64,000 bases of DNA, from positions 64,001 through 128,000 of IMG/VR virus record IMGVR_UViG_3300044451_000434. The stretch is one strand, 5' to 3'. The position numbers and the translations under genes are program-made. The notes under the pieces were generated by a model that did not search any database, was not told the origin of the DNA, and saw only the letters and a list, made by a program, of their open reading frames with translations. This stretch comes from a virus. This document shows positions 1 to 9,659 of this stretch, piece after piece (the stretch's first letter is position 1; each line of letters begins with the position of its first letter).

Positions 1-1
1 A

Positions 2-793
2 ATCAGCATGATTGGGATGAGATTTTCTGAAAGCAATATTCTGATGGAGTTGATTGACAGCAGTGACCTCACCAAGCAACACTCTGTCTGAAGTTTGTAG
101 AGACCTAGCCAGAGATTCAAGCCCAGCATGACTGAGTGTTCCTGCATTCTTTAATTCAGAATGTTTCATCCTTGGCATGCGCTCATATGCTATCTGACCA
201 GACGCTATCTGCTCAGCATCTAAGTCACCCACCCTAGCCCCTGGAAGAAAATTCTTAACCTCTCTGAGGAGATCTATTCTTGAAGGTGAGCCGCGATGCT
301 TATGCTTGGCTATTTCAGAAAGCACGAGAGATCGAAATGATATTTGCTGCTTGACGGAATTATCAATCTGATTGATGACGCCTGCCCCAGATGTGACCTT
401 AGCAAGCCTGATGGCATTTGGCAGACTGTATATGGGAGACCAAAATATTGAACCATTGCTTGGACCAAAGCCTGGAACAACTCGGAGGAAAACATAAACA
501 GTGTCATCTGAAGGCAATCCAGAAAGTTGGGCAGGGCTGTCTATGTATAAGGCTCTACCTTGGGCAAAAGCCACACCAGGAGACACATACACATTCGTAC
601 CACCCTGAGAACTGATTGCTGTGGTAACAGACATTCCTGAAACCACACCGTTCCCAAAAAGGGAGTACATGCCAAAGATTTGTCTATCAATCGTTAGGAA
701 TCTTTCCTGCTCCAAACGCACGCTTACAGCCGCGTCTAGCCTGTCGCGGAAGTCAAAGTATCCCAAACCGTAATAGGGCGTCCGACCTGCCAC
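2..793 (-). CDS. Partial tail-tip/baseplate or fibre-anchoring protein (runs off the window start; not in the ORF track)
   Basis: Translated by hand. GTG at 793 with GAGG upstream; open frame MAGRTPYYGLGYFDFRDRLD...FGNGVVSGMSV...VSPGVA...HKH. The GxGVxxG/VxPGxA pattern is typical of baseplate or fibre N-termini. Confidence 0.65.
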   Translation of the reverse strand, partial: MAGRTPYYGLGYFDFRDRLDAAVSVRLEQERFLTIDRQIFGMYSLFGNGVVSGMSVTTAISSQGGTNVYVSPGVAFAQGRALYIDSPAQLSGLPSDDTVYVFLRVVPGFGPSNGSIFWSPIYSLPNAIRLAKVTSGAGVINQIDNSVKQQISFRSLVLSEIAKHKHRGSPSRIDLLREVKNFLPGARVGDLDAEQIASGQIAYERMPRMKHSELKNAGTLSHAGLESLARSLQTSDRVLLGEVTAVNQLHQNIAFRKSHPNHAD

Positions 794-795
794 TT

Positions 796-1002
796 TTACC
801 TCGACACGGTGCCGTTTCTAACTCCAATCCTTGCCTCGCCTGCCGAATTTATGGAAGACAGCGGAGTCAGGCTAGTTCCTAGCGTTCCTTCTAACTCTCT
901 CTGAGCAGCATCATTTCCTTGAGTCTTCCCCAATTCTTCTAGAATTACAGCACGTATAGTCTGCATCATATACCTGCCTGCGTCATTAATTTTTTCATTC
1001 AT
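796..1002 (-). CDS. Hypothetical 68-aa protein in the tail module
   Basis: ATG with a GAGGAG Shine-Dalgarno; the stop is 2 nt from the next start. Confidence 0.6.
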   Translation of the reverse strand: MNEKINDAGRYMMQTIRAVILEELGKTQGNDAAQRELEGTLGTSLTPLSSINSAGEARIGVRNGTVSR

Positions 1003-1053
1003 GATTGTCTCCTCGATTGTTTCACTTTTTTTAGACTATAACCTACAAAGTTT

Positions 1054-4000
1054 TTAAGTTGTAGTACCACCAACTTGGTTACCTGTCGAATTACTAACAG
1101 ATCCGTCAGTATTAACCGTCCAAAGGGCAGAGCCATTCAATTTGACTGTCTCTCCAGGTATGAAGTAGAGGCCGGTTACCGTTGTTTCCCACTTGTTATC
1201 AGCAGCAACAATATCATTTTTAATCTCACCAATTAATAATTTGGTTGGCCCAGCGGAACCGAACCCATTGAATTCGATTATCTGCATAGGACGCAGCCCA
1301 GTCCTTCCTGGAACAGTAAATGTAATCTCTACTGGAGCATTAAACATCTTTGAATATCTTGATAACTGTCCTTCCAGGGTATCTTTGGAACCAAAAACAG
1401 CTTGAGCTTGGAAGAACATCTTTTTATAACCTATGAAGCTTGGACTAGCTGGATCAACTATAGAACTTTTATTTAGATGACCAGCAATCATCTTAGACAT
1501 ATTGGGAGTAGAAGATATCAAGCGTATTTCATTAACAACATCCTTGGTCATGCGCTTGAAAGAATAACTGCCCCCACTGACAACATTCCACCATTTATAA
1601 TTAGATCCGGCAATCGGAGAATTAGCATTTGCGGTCGATTCACCGCTTGCTCCAGAAATATCTGACGGAGTCTCTGCAGACGCTTGAGCAGGGGAACCCG
1701 AGCCCCCCGATGCTCCCAATCTCAACCTTGAGTCACGAGGAGACCAACTAAAGTAGTCAACTGGCTTCAACTGTGGAAACCCCTGAGTTTGTTGAGTAGA
1801 TCTGTCAATCTGCTGCATCTCAGCCTCATCAACAGGTATGTCAAAGTGAAATACGCCGTTGGCATCAAAAAACATTGTTTTTCCCATCATTTTTGCCCAA
1901 GTTTCTAATATACCTATATAGGCGTCTGACACCTTGGGTTTAAACATCGGAGAATTGAGAGTTGCATATTTACCTGGAAGGACATTATCGTTCCATATTA
2001 TTTGCTCATCTCCAAACTGCACAACCAAATAATCACTTTGTGGCTTGATGGATGCCAACTCTTTTATTAGCCTTCCTGGGTCTGTTAGAGATGCACTAGA
2101 CCCAGCGCGTGAGCCACCACTTGCGCTATCGTTACCGTTTTCAGATGAAGAATTACCTCCACCAAGTTTAAATCCCGCTTGGCATATTACATCAAGAACT
2201 GCGTTGTAATCTCGCATAGCATCATAGTATGGAGCATTCAACCACCGCATGTGCTCAAGAACCATGAAGTAATCTCGCAAATTACAGGTCATTATAATCT
2301 TGGTTGCCTCAGTCTGAAAACTTACATCATTACATATACCTGTAAACATGGCTCTTCTTGACTTTTTACCTGCACTAGATGCAAGAGTGGTGTACATTGA
2401 TCCATCAAAATACCCCGCCCCTTCACGCCACGCATAAACAGTGATGTAGAAATAGCGATCTTGCAAAGAAGCCAAGTAATCACTCTTGTCTGCTTGGCTG
2501 CTGTTTGTGTCCTGTCCTCCAACGCTACTATCAACAGGATACTGCTCACCAGTGACAGAAACTGGCTTTATTGTTTCGAAGTTGCCCTGAGCCTCACCCT
2601 TTGTAAGATACAGCTTCATGGTTCCTTGGTGGTTAATGCGATATCGTTCATTTCGTGTCCAATTCTCTTGAAAATCGATAACATGATTTGTTATATCAAC
2701 AGGCTCTGAAATCCACCTGTCTGATTCATCTTCTTTAATGAATACAGTAAAACTTGTACACAATGGTCTGAAACAGTTTTCTAAAATATATGGCTCGGAG
2801 CCACCTAACAATGCCAAAGATCCAGCATTTAATGTTATTGACGGCGTGATGTTTATTGAACTTGGATTATTTGGGTTTGCAGAATCTTTATAGCTAGCTT
2901 TTATGACTGAAGGTCTATCAACCTTAAAGCCTGCGTATGAAGATGCGTCAGAGGATGCTGCTCCATAGGTGTCTCCGGAAATGGTCTTGCGAACATCTAA
3001 AGAAAACTTGTCAGAAGAAAACTTTTGGGAATTACCACCTATAATCTCTTCGATTTCTAAACAGGACTGAAACCAATAAGCGGGCTCCTCTCCAGAGAAT
3101 CCCACAGCAGTACCATTCTCAATATCTTCAGCGTTCTTTGTGGCGTCTCGAGAACCCTTTGCCCTAAGCAGGATGCTCAAAGCCAGCTTGTCATATTGCG
3201 GATTTAACAATGCAACTGACGATGACTGCGCGCTAGGCTTTTCACGTGGCGGGATGGCTATGTCAAGAACAGTTACGGGAAACTGGGTAGTCACGCTTAC
3301 AGAAGGTACATACTGCAGTGGGCTAAAGTTGAATGCACCACGGTAATTTCCCATATGAACCCTAATCTTGCCAGACAACTTGATGGGAGAAAAATACTGA
3401 TTGTTTCCAGACTTGTTTTCTGAATCTAGAGCTTGAAGCTGACTCTCTGTTAACATTTGCTTTCTTGCCATTTCTCGTATGCTTTCTGGCCATCTGTTTC
3501 TTTCTATTACTAGAGGCTCACTGCCATCGATTGATATCTGTAAACGACCAAAATAATGCTGCACACTTATTTCGAATGCATCCATTTTGAGAATAGACGC
3601 ACCGCTTTTTTTCATAGTTGCAAGCAATCGAGAATGATTTCTATCTCCACGTAAAACCGTAGTTTGCTGAGCGCTGTTTCCAGTCAGAGCAGAAACCCAT
3701 TCAGGATCTCTAGTCACCTCATATACAGAAACGTCTGATTCATTAGTTATGCATATAAAAAATCTGTTTTCTTCGCCACCGTCTACTTCAATAATAATGT
3801 ACGGCTGTTCAGCAAGATAGTTTTTTTCTGCATCAGACGGTATAACGAAACCCGGAGTAGTATTCTCTCCATTTTCCACAGCAGTCCTGCAGACAGGACG
3901 AGCCACTCCGAAATTTTTCTCAACTCTAGCAGCATCAGATATTGTGTTGTCTGGAACAACACTAGGAGACGAAGATGCGCTATATACGATATTCCCATCT

Positions 4001-5106
4001 GTGTCATCAGAGTCTATATAAAGAGGATCAAGGTAGCAATAATCATCTCTCATTAAAAAAGCGGCTGTAGCCACCTTTCTGCCATCTTCAGGAGCTTGAG
4101 AATTTACCTTGTCCAAGTTGACCTTCGGAAATTGCCCAGTCGTGTTGTGAAACCTGAAAGAAAAATCTAGACCAGCGAAAAGATCAGTGACCTTTTCATA
4201 ACTCACATGCATGCCAGGGTTCAAATTTTTATATGAATTTTTTCTAGGCACTGTAGTTCCTATGGGCTCTCCAATTGTCTGCGCACGACCGCCATTAAAA
4301 AGTTGAGAATCTGATATCTCTTCGCCTAGTTTCTCAAATAAATTACCTACAAAACTTGTCGTAAGTTGGACATATGGCAATTCAGAACCAAATTGCTGAT
4401 CTGCACTGACAGTAACCTCTTGACCGGGCATGCGTTTTTGACCCTTTTTTTTGGGCTCAGATATATTTCTCGTTCTGCTCACAGGCACCAAGTCTTCCAA
4501 GGGAGATTTTGCGTTTTCTCTTTGCTGACCAGATGAATTGACTAGTCCTTTTATCTTGTCCCTATCAATAAGATCAGTGAATAACCCAGGAACATGTCTA
4601 AACAATTGATGTATGAAAAAACTCTCATTTTCTGATCTTACACTATCTGCTATTTCATCAATGCCCTCGACATCTATACCAAGAGATGTTTGATTCGAAT
4701 TTGAAGTAAACTCTAGTGGGCTATTAGAAACCACTTCAGAAGTGGCTGTATCAAAAAGTGATGCACCCGATCGAGAAACAAACACCTTCTCAGCAAAACA
4801 AGTTGGCAAGCGACCATATTGAGCTCTTTTCAATGTAATGCCGACAGACGAACCCACATCTATAGCTTCAACATCATCTTTCTTGCTAGCGTTTAAGAAC
4901 TGAAGGTTGTTTTTTGTAAATAAAAATTCGTGTACTTGCCTGACGCGCTTTGAAAATGGACATCTGCCAGCCTCAAATAGCACCACCTGCATTTTGACAG
5001 TACCCAAGACCCCTATAGAGCCATGGCCACTACCATGCGCGCCATCAGCAAATGTAGCGCTTTTTAGAGTTGTGTCTTCGCCAAGATTACTGCGAAAGTT
5101 GGGCAT
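1054..5106 (-). CDS. Large tail-tip/baseplate hub-like protein (~1350 aa)
   Basis: Long ORF, likely ATG at 5106 (MPNFRS). The C-terminus ITFTVPGRTGLRPMQIIEF...WETTVTG resembles hub proteins of the T4 gp27/Mu gp44 type. Lies downstream of the tape measure gene. Confidence 0.55.
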   Translation of the reverse strand: MPNFRSNLGEDTTLKSATFADGAHGSGHGSIGVLGTVKMQVVLFEAGRCPFSKRVRQVHEFLFTKNNLQFLNASKKDDVEAIDVGSSVGITLKRAQYGRLPTCFAEKVFVSRSGASLFDTATSEVVSNSPLEFTSNSNQTSLGIDVEGIDEIADSVRSENESFFIHQLFRHVPGLFTDLIDRDKIKGLVNSSGQQRENAKSPLEDLVPVSRTRNISEPKKKGQKRMPGQEVTVSADQQFGSELPYVQLTTSFVGNLFEKLGEEISDSQLFNGGRAQTIGEPIGTTVPRKNSYKNLNPGMHVSYEKVTDLFAGLDFSFRFHNTTGQFPKVNLDKVNSQAPEDGRKVATAAFLMRDDYCYLDPLYIDSDDTDGNIVYSASSSPSVVPDNTISDAARVEKNFGVARPVCRTAVENGENTTPGFVIPSDAEKNYLAEQPYIIIEVDGGEENRFFICITNESDVSVYEVTRDPEWVSALTGNSAQQTTVLRGDRNHSRLLATMKKSGASILKMDAFEISVQHYFGRLQISIDGSEPLVIERNRWPESIREMARKQMLTESQLQALDSENKSGNNQYFSPIKLSGKIRVHMGNYRGAFNFSPLQYVPSVSVTTQFPVTVLDIAIPPREKPSAQSSSVALLNPQYDKLALSILLRAKGSRDATKNAEDIENGTAVGFSGEEPAYWFQSCLEIEEIIGGNSQKFSSDKFSLDVRKTISGDTYGAASSDASSYAGFKVDRPSVIKASYKDSANPNNPSSINITPSITLNAGSLALLGGSEPYILENCFRPLCTSFTVFIKEDESDRWISEPVDITNHVIDFQENWTRNERYRINHQGTMKLYLTKGEAQGNFETIKPVSVTGEQYPVDSSVGGQDTNSSQADKSDYLASLQDRYFYITVYAWREGAGYFDGSMYTTLASSAGKKSRRAMFTGICNDVSFQTEATKIIMTCNLRDYFMVLEHMRWLNAPYYDAMRDYNAVLDVICQAGFKLGGGNSSSENGNDSASGGSRAGSSASLTDPGRLIKELASIKPQSDYLVVQFGDEQIIWNDNVLPGKYATLNSPMFKPKVSDAYIGILETWAKMMGKTMFFDANGVFHFDIPVDEAEMQQIDRSTQQTQGFPQLKPVDYFSWSPRDSRLRLGASGGSGSPAQASAETPSDISGASGESTANANSPIAGSNYKWWNVVSGGSYSFKRMTKDVVNEIRLISSTPNMSKMIAGHLNKSSIVDPASPSFIGYKKMFFQAQAVFGSKDTLEGQLSRYSKMFNAPVEITFTVPGRTGLRPMQIIEFNGFGSAGPTKLLIGEIKNDIVAADNKWETTVTGLYFIPGETVKLNGSALWTVNTDGSVSNSTGNQVGGTTT

Positions 5107-8100
5107 CGAGGATAAACCTATCTCCAATTAGGAATCCAGCACGCACAGATTCTTTAGCAGAATAGTATAGTCTAAATATACCATTTTGAAGGGGAACGAT
5201 TGTTGGCATAGATCCACCAAGGTCAACACCTAAATTCTGTTCAAGTTTACTTGGATCTCCCAAATATGTTTTGTCCAATCTTACAAACGACCTCTCCGTG
5301 AGAAGTTCTTCTGATATTTCAGATGGCAAAGGCCCTAAAATGTAAAATGGTCTCATGAATCTATGGTCTTCTGCGGAAAGCCAAGCAGTTGTGAATATTT
5401 TTGATGCCTCAGCAGACCTGTTCATTATGGAAACACAAGGAACACGTTGACCAAAAATACATCCTTCGATATTGTATGCTATCAAAACAAATTCTCCAAA
5501 TTTGTCCACGCACATCGTCAGATTGTCTAAGGGGAGTGTATCTCCCAAACTCGCAGAAACATTCTCAAAATTGTAAATGCTATCTGCGTCAGAGATTTTA
5601 TACTTTATTGGCCTGATTGGAAATGAATAGTCTCTGAAGGCCGGATTCCATGTTTTTCCACAATCAGAACTTACGAATGCATATGCAGAACCCTCATGTG
5701 TCATCATGCAGAAAAGACTTCCGTTGGGCATAACCTCAAACGCGTATGGTCCCATTGGATCAAAATCAAATCTACCCGATGTGCCAACACAAAGTTTGGG
5801 GTTTTCTACGAACGATGTGGATATTCTTGGATAGAAAGTTTTTTTGGACAATTCGCTCGACGAAATGCCAGAAGAACTTGTGAATTTCCTGCTTGTCAAG
5901 ATTCTAAAATTGGCTGCCTCTTCCTTGTATGCCGGGTTTTCTGCAAAATCAGCATAAACCACATGGCAAGGTGCTAGTCTAACTTTCATCATTCCAAGAT
6001 TTATATTAACATTATTTTGATTCTGAGAAAATCCATTAGTCTTGTATGGCTCTTCTGAAATTGAGTAAACATCTAAGCCGTCTGCATATCCAACCCTAAA
6101 CTTTTCTTTAGGCATCGACTTCGGCAATCGGCATAAATCAGTACTCATATCAGAGTCATCTATTCTCTTACACAGTAGCATGCCGTCTTTTTTAAACATA
6201 CAGTATGTGCAGGATAAATTATGATCTGATTTTACTACAATGTCGCTGAATGATTCGCCACTAAAGCCCTGCATCACATGCGTCATTAGATTCCAACGCA
6301 AATCGCCATCACAAGACATATAGCAACTCAATCCCATATCTTCATTCTGCGATGCGAAATACATACCATAACAGCCATATGAGTCTATGAATGGGGATGC
6401 ACTCGTCATTTCGGGATACCAAATGTCGGCCTTAGACTTTTCTATCCATCTCACCTTTACATTTGCAGTAATTGATCCAGAAATGGGAGACGAAGAAGAT
6501 ATGATTAAATTCATAGATGATCCGTAATGCGGACCACGTATTTTTACTGTACCTAAATCGTCAACCTTATACCAAAGCATCATCTTGCTGCCGCTTGGCG
6601 GATAGAAAGAAACCGAATCTGACAAAAATGAACCATCTATGCATGCAGAAATGAACATTTTCTTCAATTGTTCTTTAGATTGATTTTTTAAATAAATATC
6701 AATCCCGGCTATATAATAATTTGGGTTGGACGGAATTGATGCTGATGCTCCATCGCCACTGACTGAAAATAATATATTATAATCATTTTCAACAAAATTT
6801 GGCAAATTACTCGGCTGCTCACGGAATGCATCGGCTTCATTGACAACTGCCTTGAAGCCTGGATAAACGACTGGCACCATGTCAAAAGGAAAACCGAAAG
6901 CGGCTTTCGATCTTATTGGGTTGGCAAGGTCAGTGATTTTTTTATCTCGCCATATGACAGATTCATCATCAATACGCTCATTGATAAATGAACATGCCGA
7001 AGTAATCTTTTGAGTTTGTATCGAGTTGATGGGCATAAGCGCAAAGTTCTGATCATCCCTAACGGTCAAAACACCGAAACTGTTATTATAATTCATCGCA
7101 GAACGCATGCCTTCAAATAATGTTCCCGTTGTAAATACAAAAACCGCACCATTTGTCTCTTGTTGGCTGTTTAGATTCTCTATGGTTATCCTACTAGTCC
7201 TAGAAAGATTAATGTTTTTAATACTTCCAGCAGATCTGAGAAAATTTATTGATGCATTACCAGTTGTTATATCAATAGCAGCACTTCCCTGATTCACGTT
7301 TGGCATTGTTAAGATTATCCGAGTGTCAAACTCTGCTAGCGACAAATCTGGAAAGTCCGCATCTCCATATGAAGGAATCGTCCCACCAACTCTTATCTGC
7401 GTGCTAGAGTATGGCTCAAAAAAATCAAGCCTAGGTATGCCAATGCCGCCCCTTATGCCATTTGATTCGTATTTTGATGACTTCTGTATTGCTAGCGCAA
7501 GATCTTTGTGGTACGGTATCTTGAGGTCGTCTGGAAGACAACTGTTGCATGCTTCAGATATGTCAAAATACATGTCTCCTAAATACATTTCATCAATCAC
7601 AAATTCACTTATGTTTGCAAGATTTTTACTGTACCAATCAGTATTCAAAGAGCCTGGGGAAAAAAGTTTAAATGGCTCATCCCACGGAGACATAATATAT
7701 ATACCAGTCTTATCTCCAAAAAAAAAGCCTTTTGGAAAATTAAATTTTCTTAGTGTTGGTAGTCTTGTATATATCCGTGATATACGCGGCAATTCAACAG
7801 ATATTGGAGATCCCACAATGTCAATGTTAAGGTCTGCTGAATCAGTTGAACCACCGGGGGGGTCAAGCGGATTTCCAAAGTTAGGACGACCTATGCCAAT
7901 ATTTATCGATTGTCTCACCCTGTCGCAAATCTCTTTAAATTTTTCATCTGATGAAATATAAGATTCATATGAACTTGATCCAATTTCAACACACTTAAGA
8001 TAAGCAAGATAAGAAAAAGACCTCAATTCAACTCCGGCGCTAGATAAACTAGGCAGCCTGCCATAATAATTGGAAGTAAAATCTCCTTGTAAAGATCTCC

Positions 8101-9634
8101 ATGAGCACAATTCTCCAAATGCTTCCGCTTCGCGAACAATTGTTTTACATGGAGAGAAATGATATACTCCACTTTTCGTAGAACCTATCAATAGAGCCCC
8201 AGGTAATTGCAGTATCATTGATCTGTCCAAATTAATCCTTCTTGCAAGAACTTTTTCCGCAGCTTGATAGGTGATATATATTGAGTTATAGTACTTATCA
8301 GTTGATATGAATGTTCTAGTCGGTGTGTTTTCATCTCCGCCACCAGTTGAACTCATAGATGCTGTTATTGCAGGGAAGAAAACAACAAGATAACGCTTGG
8401 TTGGATCTACATCCTCATTTACTGAAAAAACAGGTGTATGACCAGAATCAAAACTGGTTCCCGTCATTGAGATACCTGGAGTCTGCGCATTACCACCAGC
8501 CATGATATATTTTTTTAATTTTGCTCCGGATATATAAGCAAAATTTAGAGGTATCGCTTCTTCAACTACTGAAGAAGGAACTCCGTTTCTCGGGTCTTCA
8601 GCATTAACACCATCAACTATGCCCTTGCCAAGGTATTGAATTGAAGCTCCAAAGTTTACCGGTTTCCATGTTACACACAGCACAGAAGCATAGCCATCTG
8701 GAACTTTGATTATGAGTGCCCTTCCTTGTCCTTGCGGGAAAATGGGCCAGTTGGCACTTCCATCAGCAAATTCTTCTTCTCCCCTGCGTATTGCGTTACC
8801 ACGACTTATATCACTTTCTAGTGAAGCAAAATCAAAAATAGTATTTATGCCAACTTTTCTATTAACCTCAGTTTTGCCATCGTGTATAAAATATCCGTAT
8901 TTATACGAAAGTAATTTCATTGCCGTGTTTTGTTGAGAGCTTGCGGAATCTAAAGCAGAAAGAGCGGATAGCACATTTGACCCGATTGACTGAAGTGAAT
9001 CTAACAAACTAAGACTCTGTAAAGTCAATTTTACGAACGACTGTATTTCTATACTTATCGAACTTGATGGAAGCATTCTGATACGGGCACCAACAAAATA
9101 TGGGACATCATATGCAGGACCAAATAGAGAATTAATCGTCAAATCATCAGACGGCCCACCATATTCTGGAATAATATAAAAAACTACAGTACTCCCTCTT
9201 TGCACTGCTTTGCTAGTTGAAAATTGTGAGCCTTCTTCTTCCTCTGTCGGTGCTTCACTCATAATTTTCACTGAAAGACCAACTCTGCGCAAAGTGCCCT
9301 GAAGAAGATCTAGAACTCCATTTCTATTATAATACCATCCATATTCTAAATAAATTTTTATAACACGAGATTCAGTTCCGCCAGAGATCATGGCATCCGT
9401 GAGATCTTCTACACTCGTCTGCAATTTGATTTTAAAACCATCGAATGTACGCTCTGCTCCAGATGAAGATACCACTTTTTTAGATGCCTCTGAAGAAATT
9501 TCAATCGATGGCGAAAATGCAGGCATCTCTGAAGGTCTAAGCGGACGCGTGACCACCGTGGGGATGCTGCCCTTGGCCAAAACTTGAGAGTTGTCAAGAG
9601 CGAGTATGCCATTAGGCAAGCCGCCAGTACTCAT
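5087..9634 (-). CDS. 1515-aa virion protein with a C-terminal Asp-box (BNR) beta-propeller-like region
   Basis: Asp-box-like motifs SSDCGKTW and SCDGDLRW; directly downstream of the tape measure gene. Confidence 0.5.
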   Translation of the reverse strand: MSTGGLPNGILALDNSQVLAKGSIPTVVTRPLRPSEMPAFSPSIEISSEASKKVVSSSGAERTFDGFKIKLQTSVEDLTDAMISGGTESRVIKIYLEYGWYYNRNGVLDLLQGTLRRVGLSVKIMSEAPTEEEEGSQFSTSKAVQRGSTVVFYIIPEYGGPSDDLTINSLFGPAYDVPYFVGARIRMLPSSSISIEIQSFVKLTLQSLSLLDSLQSIGSNVLSALSALDSASSQQNTAMKLLSYKYGYFIHDGKTEVNRKVGINTIFDFASLESDISRGNAIRRGEEEFADGSANWPIFPQGQGRALIIKVPDGYASVLCVTWKPVNFGASIQYLGKGIVDGVNAEDPRNGVPSSVVEEAIPLNFAYISGAKLKKYIMAGGNAQTPGISMTGTSFDSGHTPVFSVNEDVDPTKRYLVVFFPAITASMSSTGGGDENTPTRTFISTDKYYNSIYITYQAAEKVLARRINLDRSMILQLPGALLIGSTKSGVYHFSPCKTIVREAEAFGELCSWRSLQGDFTSNYYGRLPSLSSAGVELRSFSYLAYLKCVEIGSSSYESYISSDEKFKEICDRVRQSINIGIGRPNFGNPLDPPGGSTDSADLNIDIVGSPISVELPRISRIYTRLPTLRKFNFPKGFFFGDKTGIYIMSPWDEPFKLFSPGSLNTDWYSKNLANISEFVIDEMYLGDMYFDISEACNSCLPDDLKIPYHKDLALAIQKSSKYESNGIRGGIGIPRLDFFEPYSSTQIRVGGTIPSYGDADFPDLSLAEFDTRIILTMPNVNQGSAAIDITTGNASINFLRSAGSIKNINLSRTSRITIENLNSQQETNGAVFVFTTGTLFEGMRSAMNYNNSFGVLTVRDDQNFALMPINSIQTQKITSACSFINERIDDESVIWRDKKITDLANPIRSKAAFGFPFDMVPVVYPGFKAVVNEADAFREQPSNLPNFVENDYNILFSVSGDGASASIPSNPNYYIAGIDIYLKNQSKEQLKKMFISACIDGSFLSDSVSFYPPSGSKMMLWYKVDDLGTVKIRGPHYGSSMNLIISSSSPISGSITANVKVRWIEKSKADIWYPEMTSASPFIDSYGCYGMYFASQNEDMGLSCYMSCDGDLRWNLMTHVMQGFSGESFSDIVVKSDHNLSCTYCMFKKDGMLLCKRIDDSDMSTDLCRLPKSMPKEKFRVGYADGLDVYSISEEPYKTNGFSQNQNNVNINLGMMKVRLAPCHVVYADFAENPAYKEEAANFRILTSRKFTSSSGISSSELSKKTFYPRISTSFVENPKLCVGTSGRFDFDPMGPYAFEVMPNGSLFCMMTHEGSAYAFVSSDCGKTWNPAFRDYSFPIRPIKYKISDADSIYNFENVSASLGDTLPLDNLTMCVDKFGEFVLIAYNIEGCIFGQRVPCVSIMNRSAEASKIFTTAWLSAEDHRFMRPFYILGPLPSEISEELLTERSFVRLDKTYLGDPSKLEQNLGVDLGGSMPTIVPLQNGIFRLYYSAKESVRAGFLIGDRFILDAQLSQ

Positions 9635-9659
9635 GCACCCACCGCAGCCTTCATGTCAA

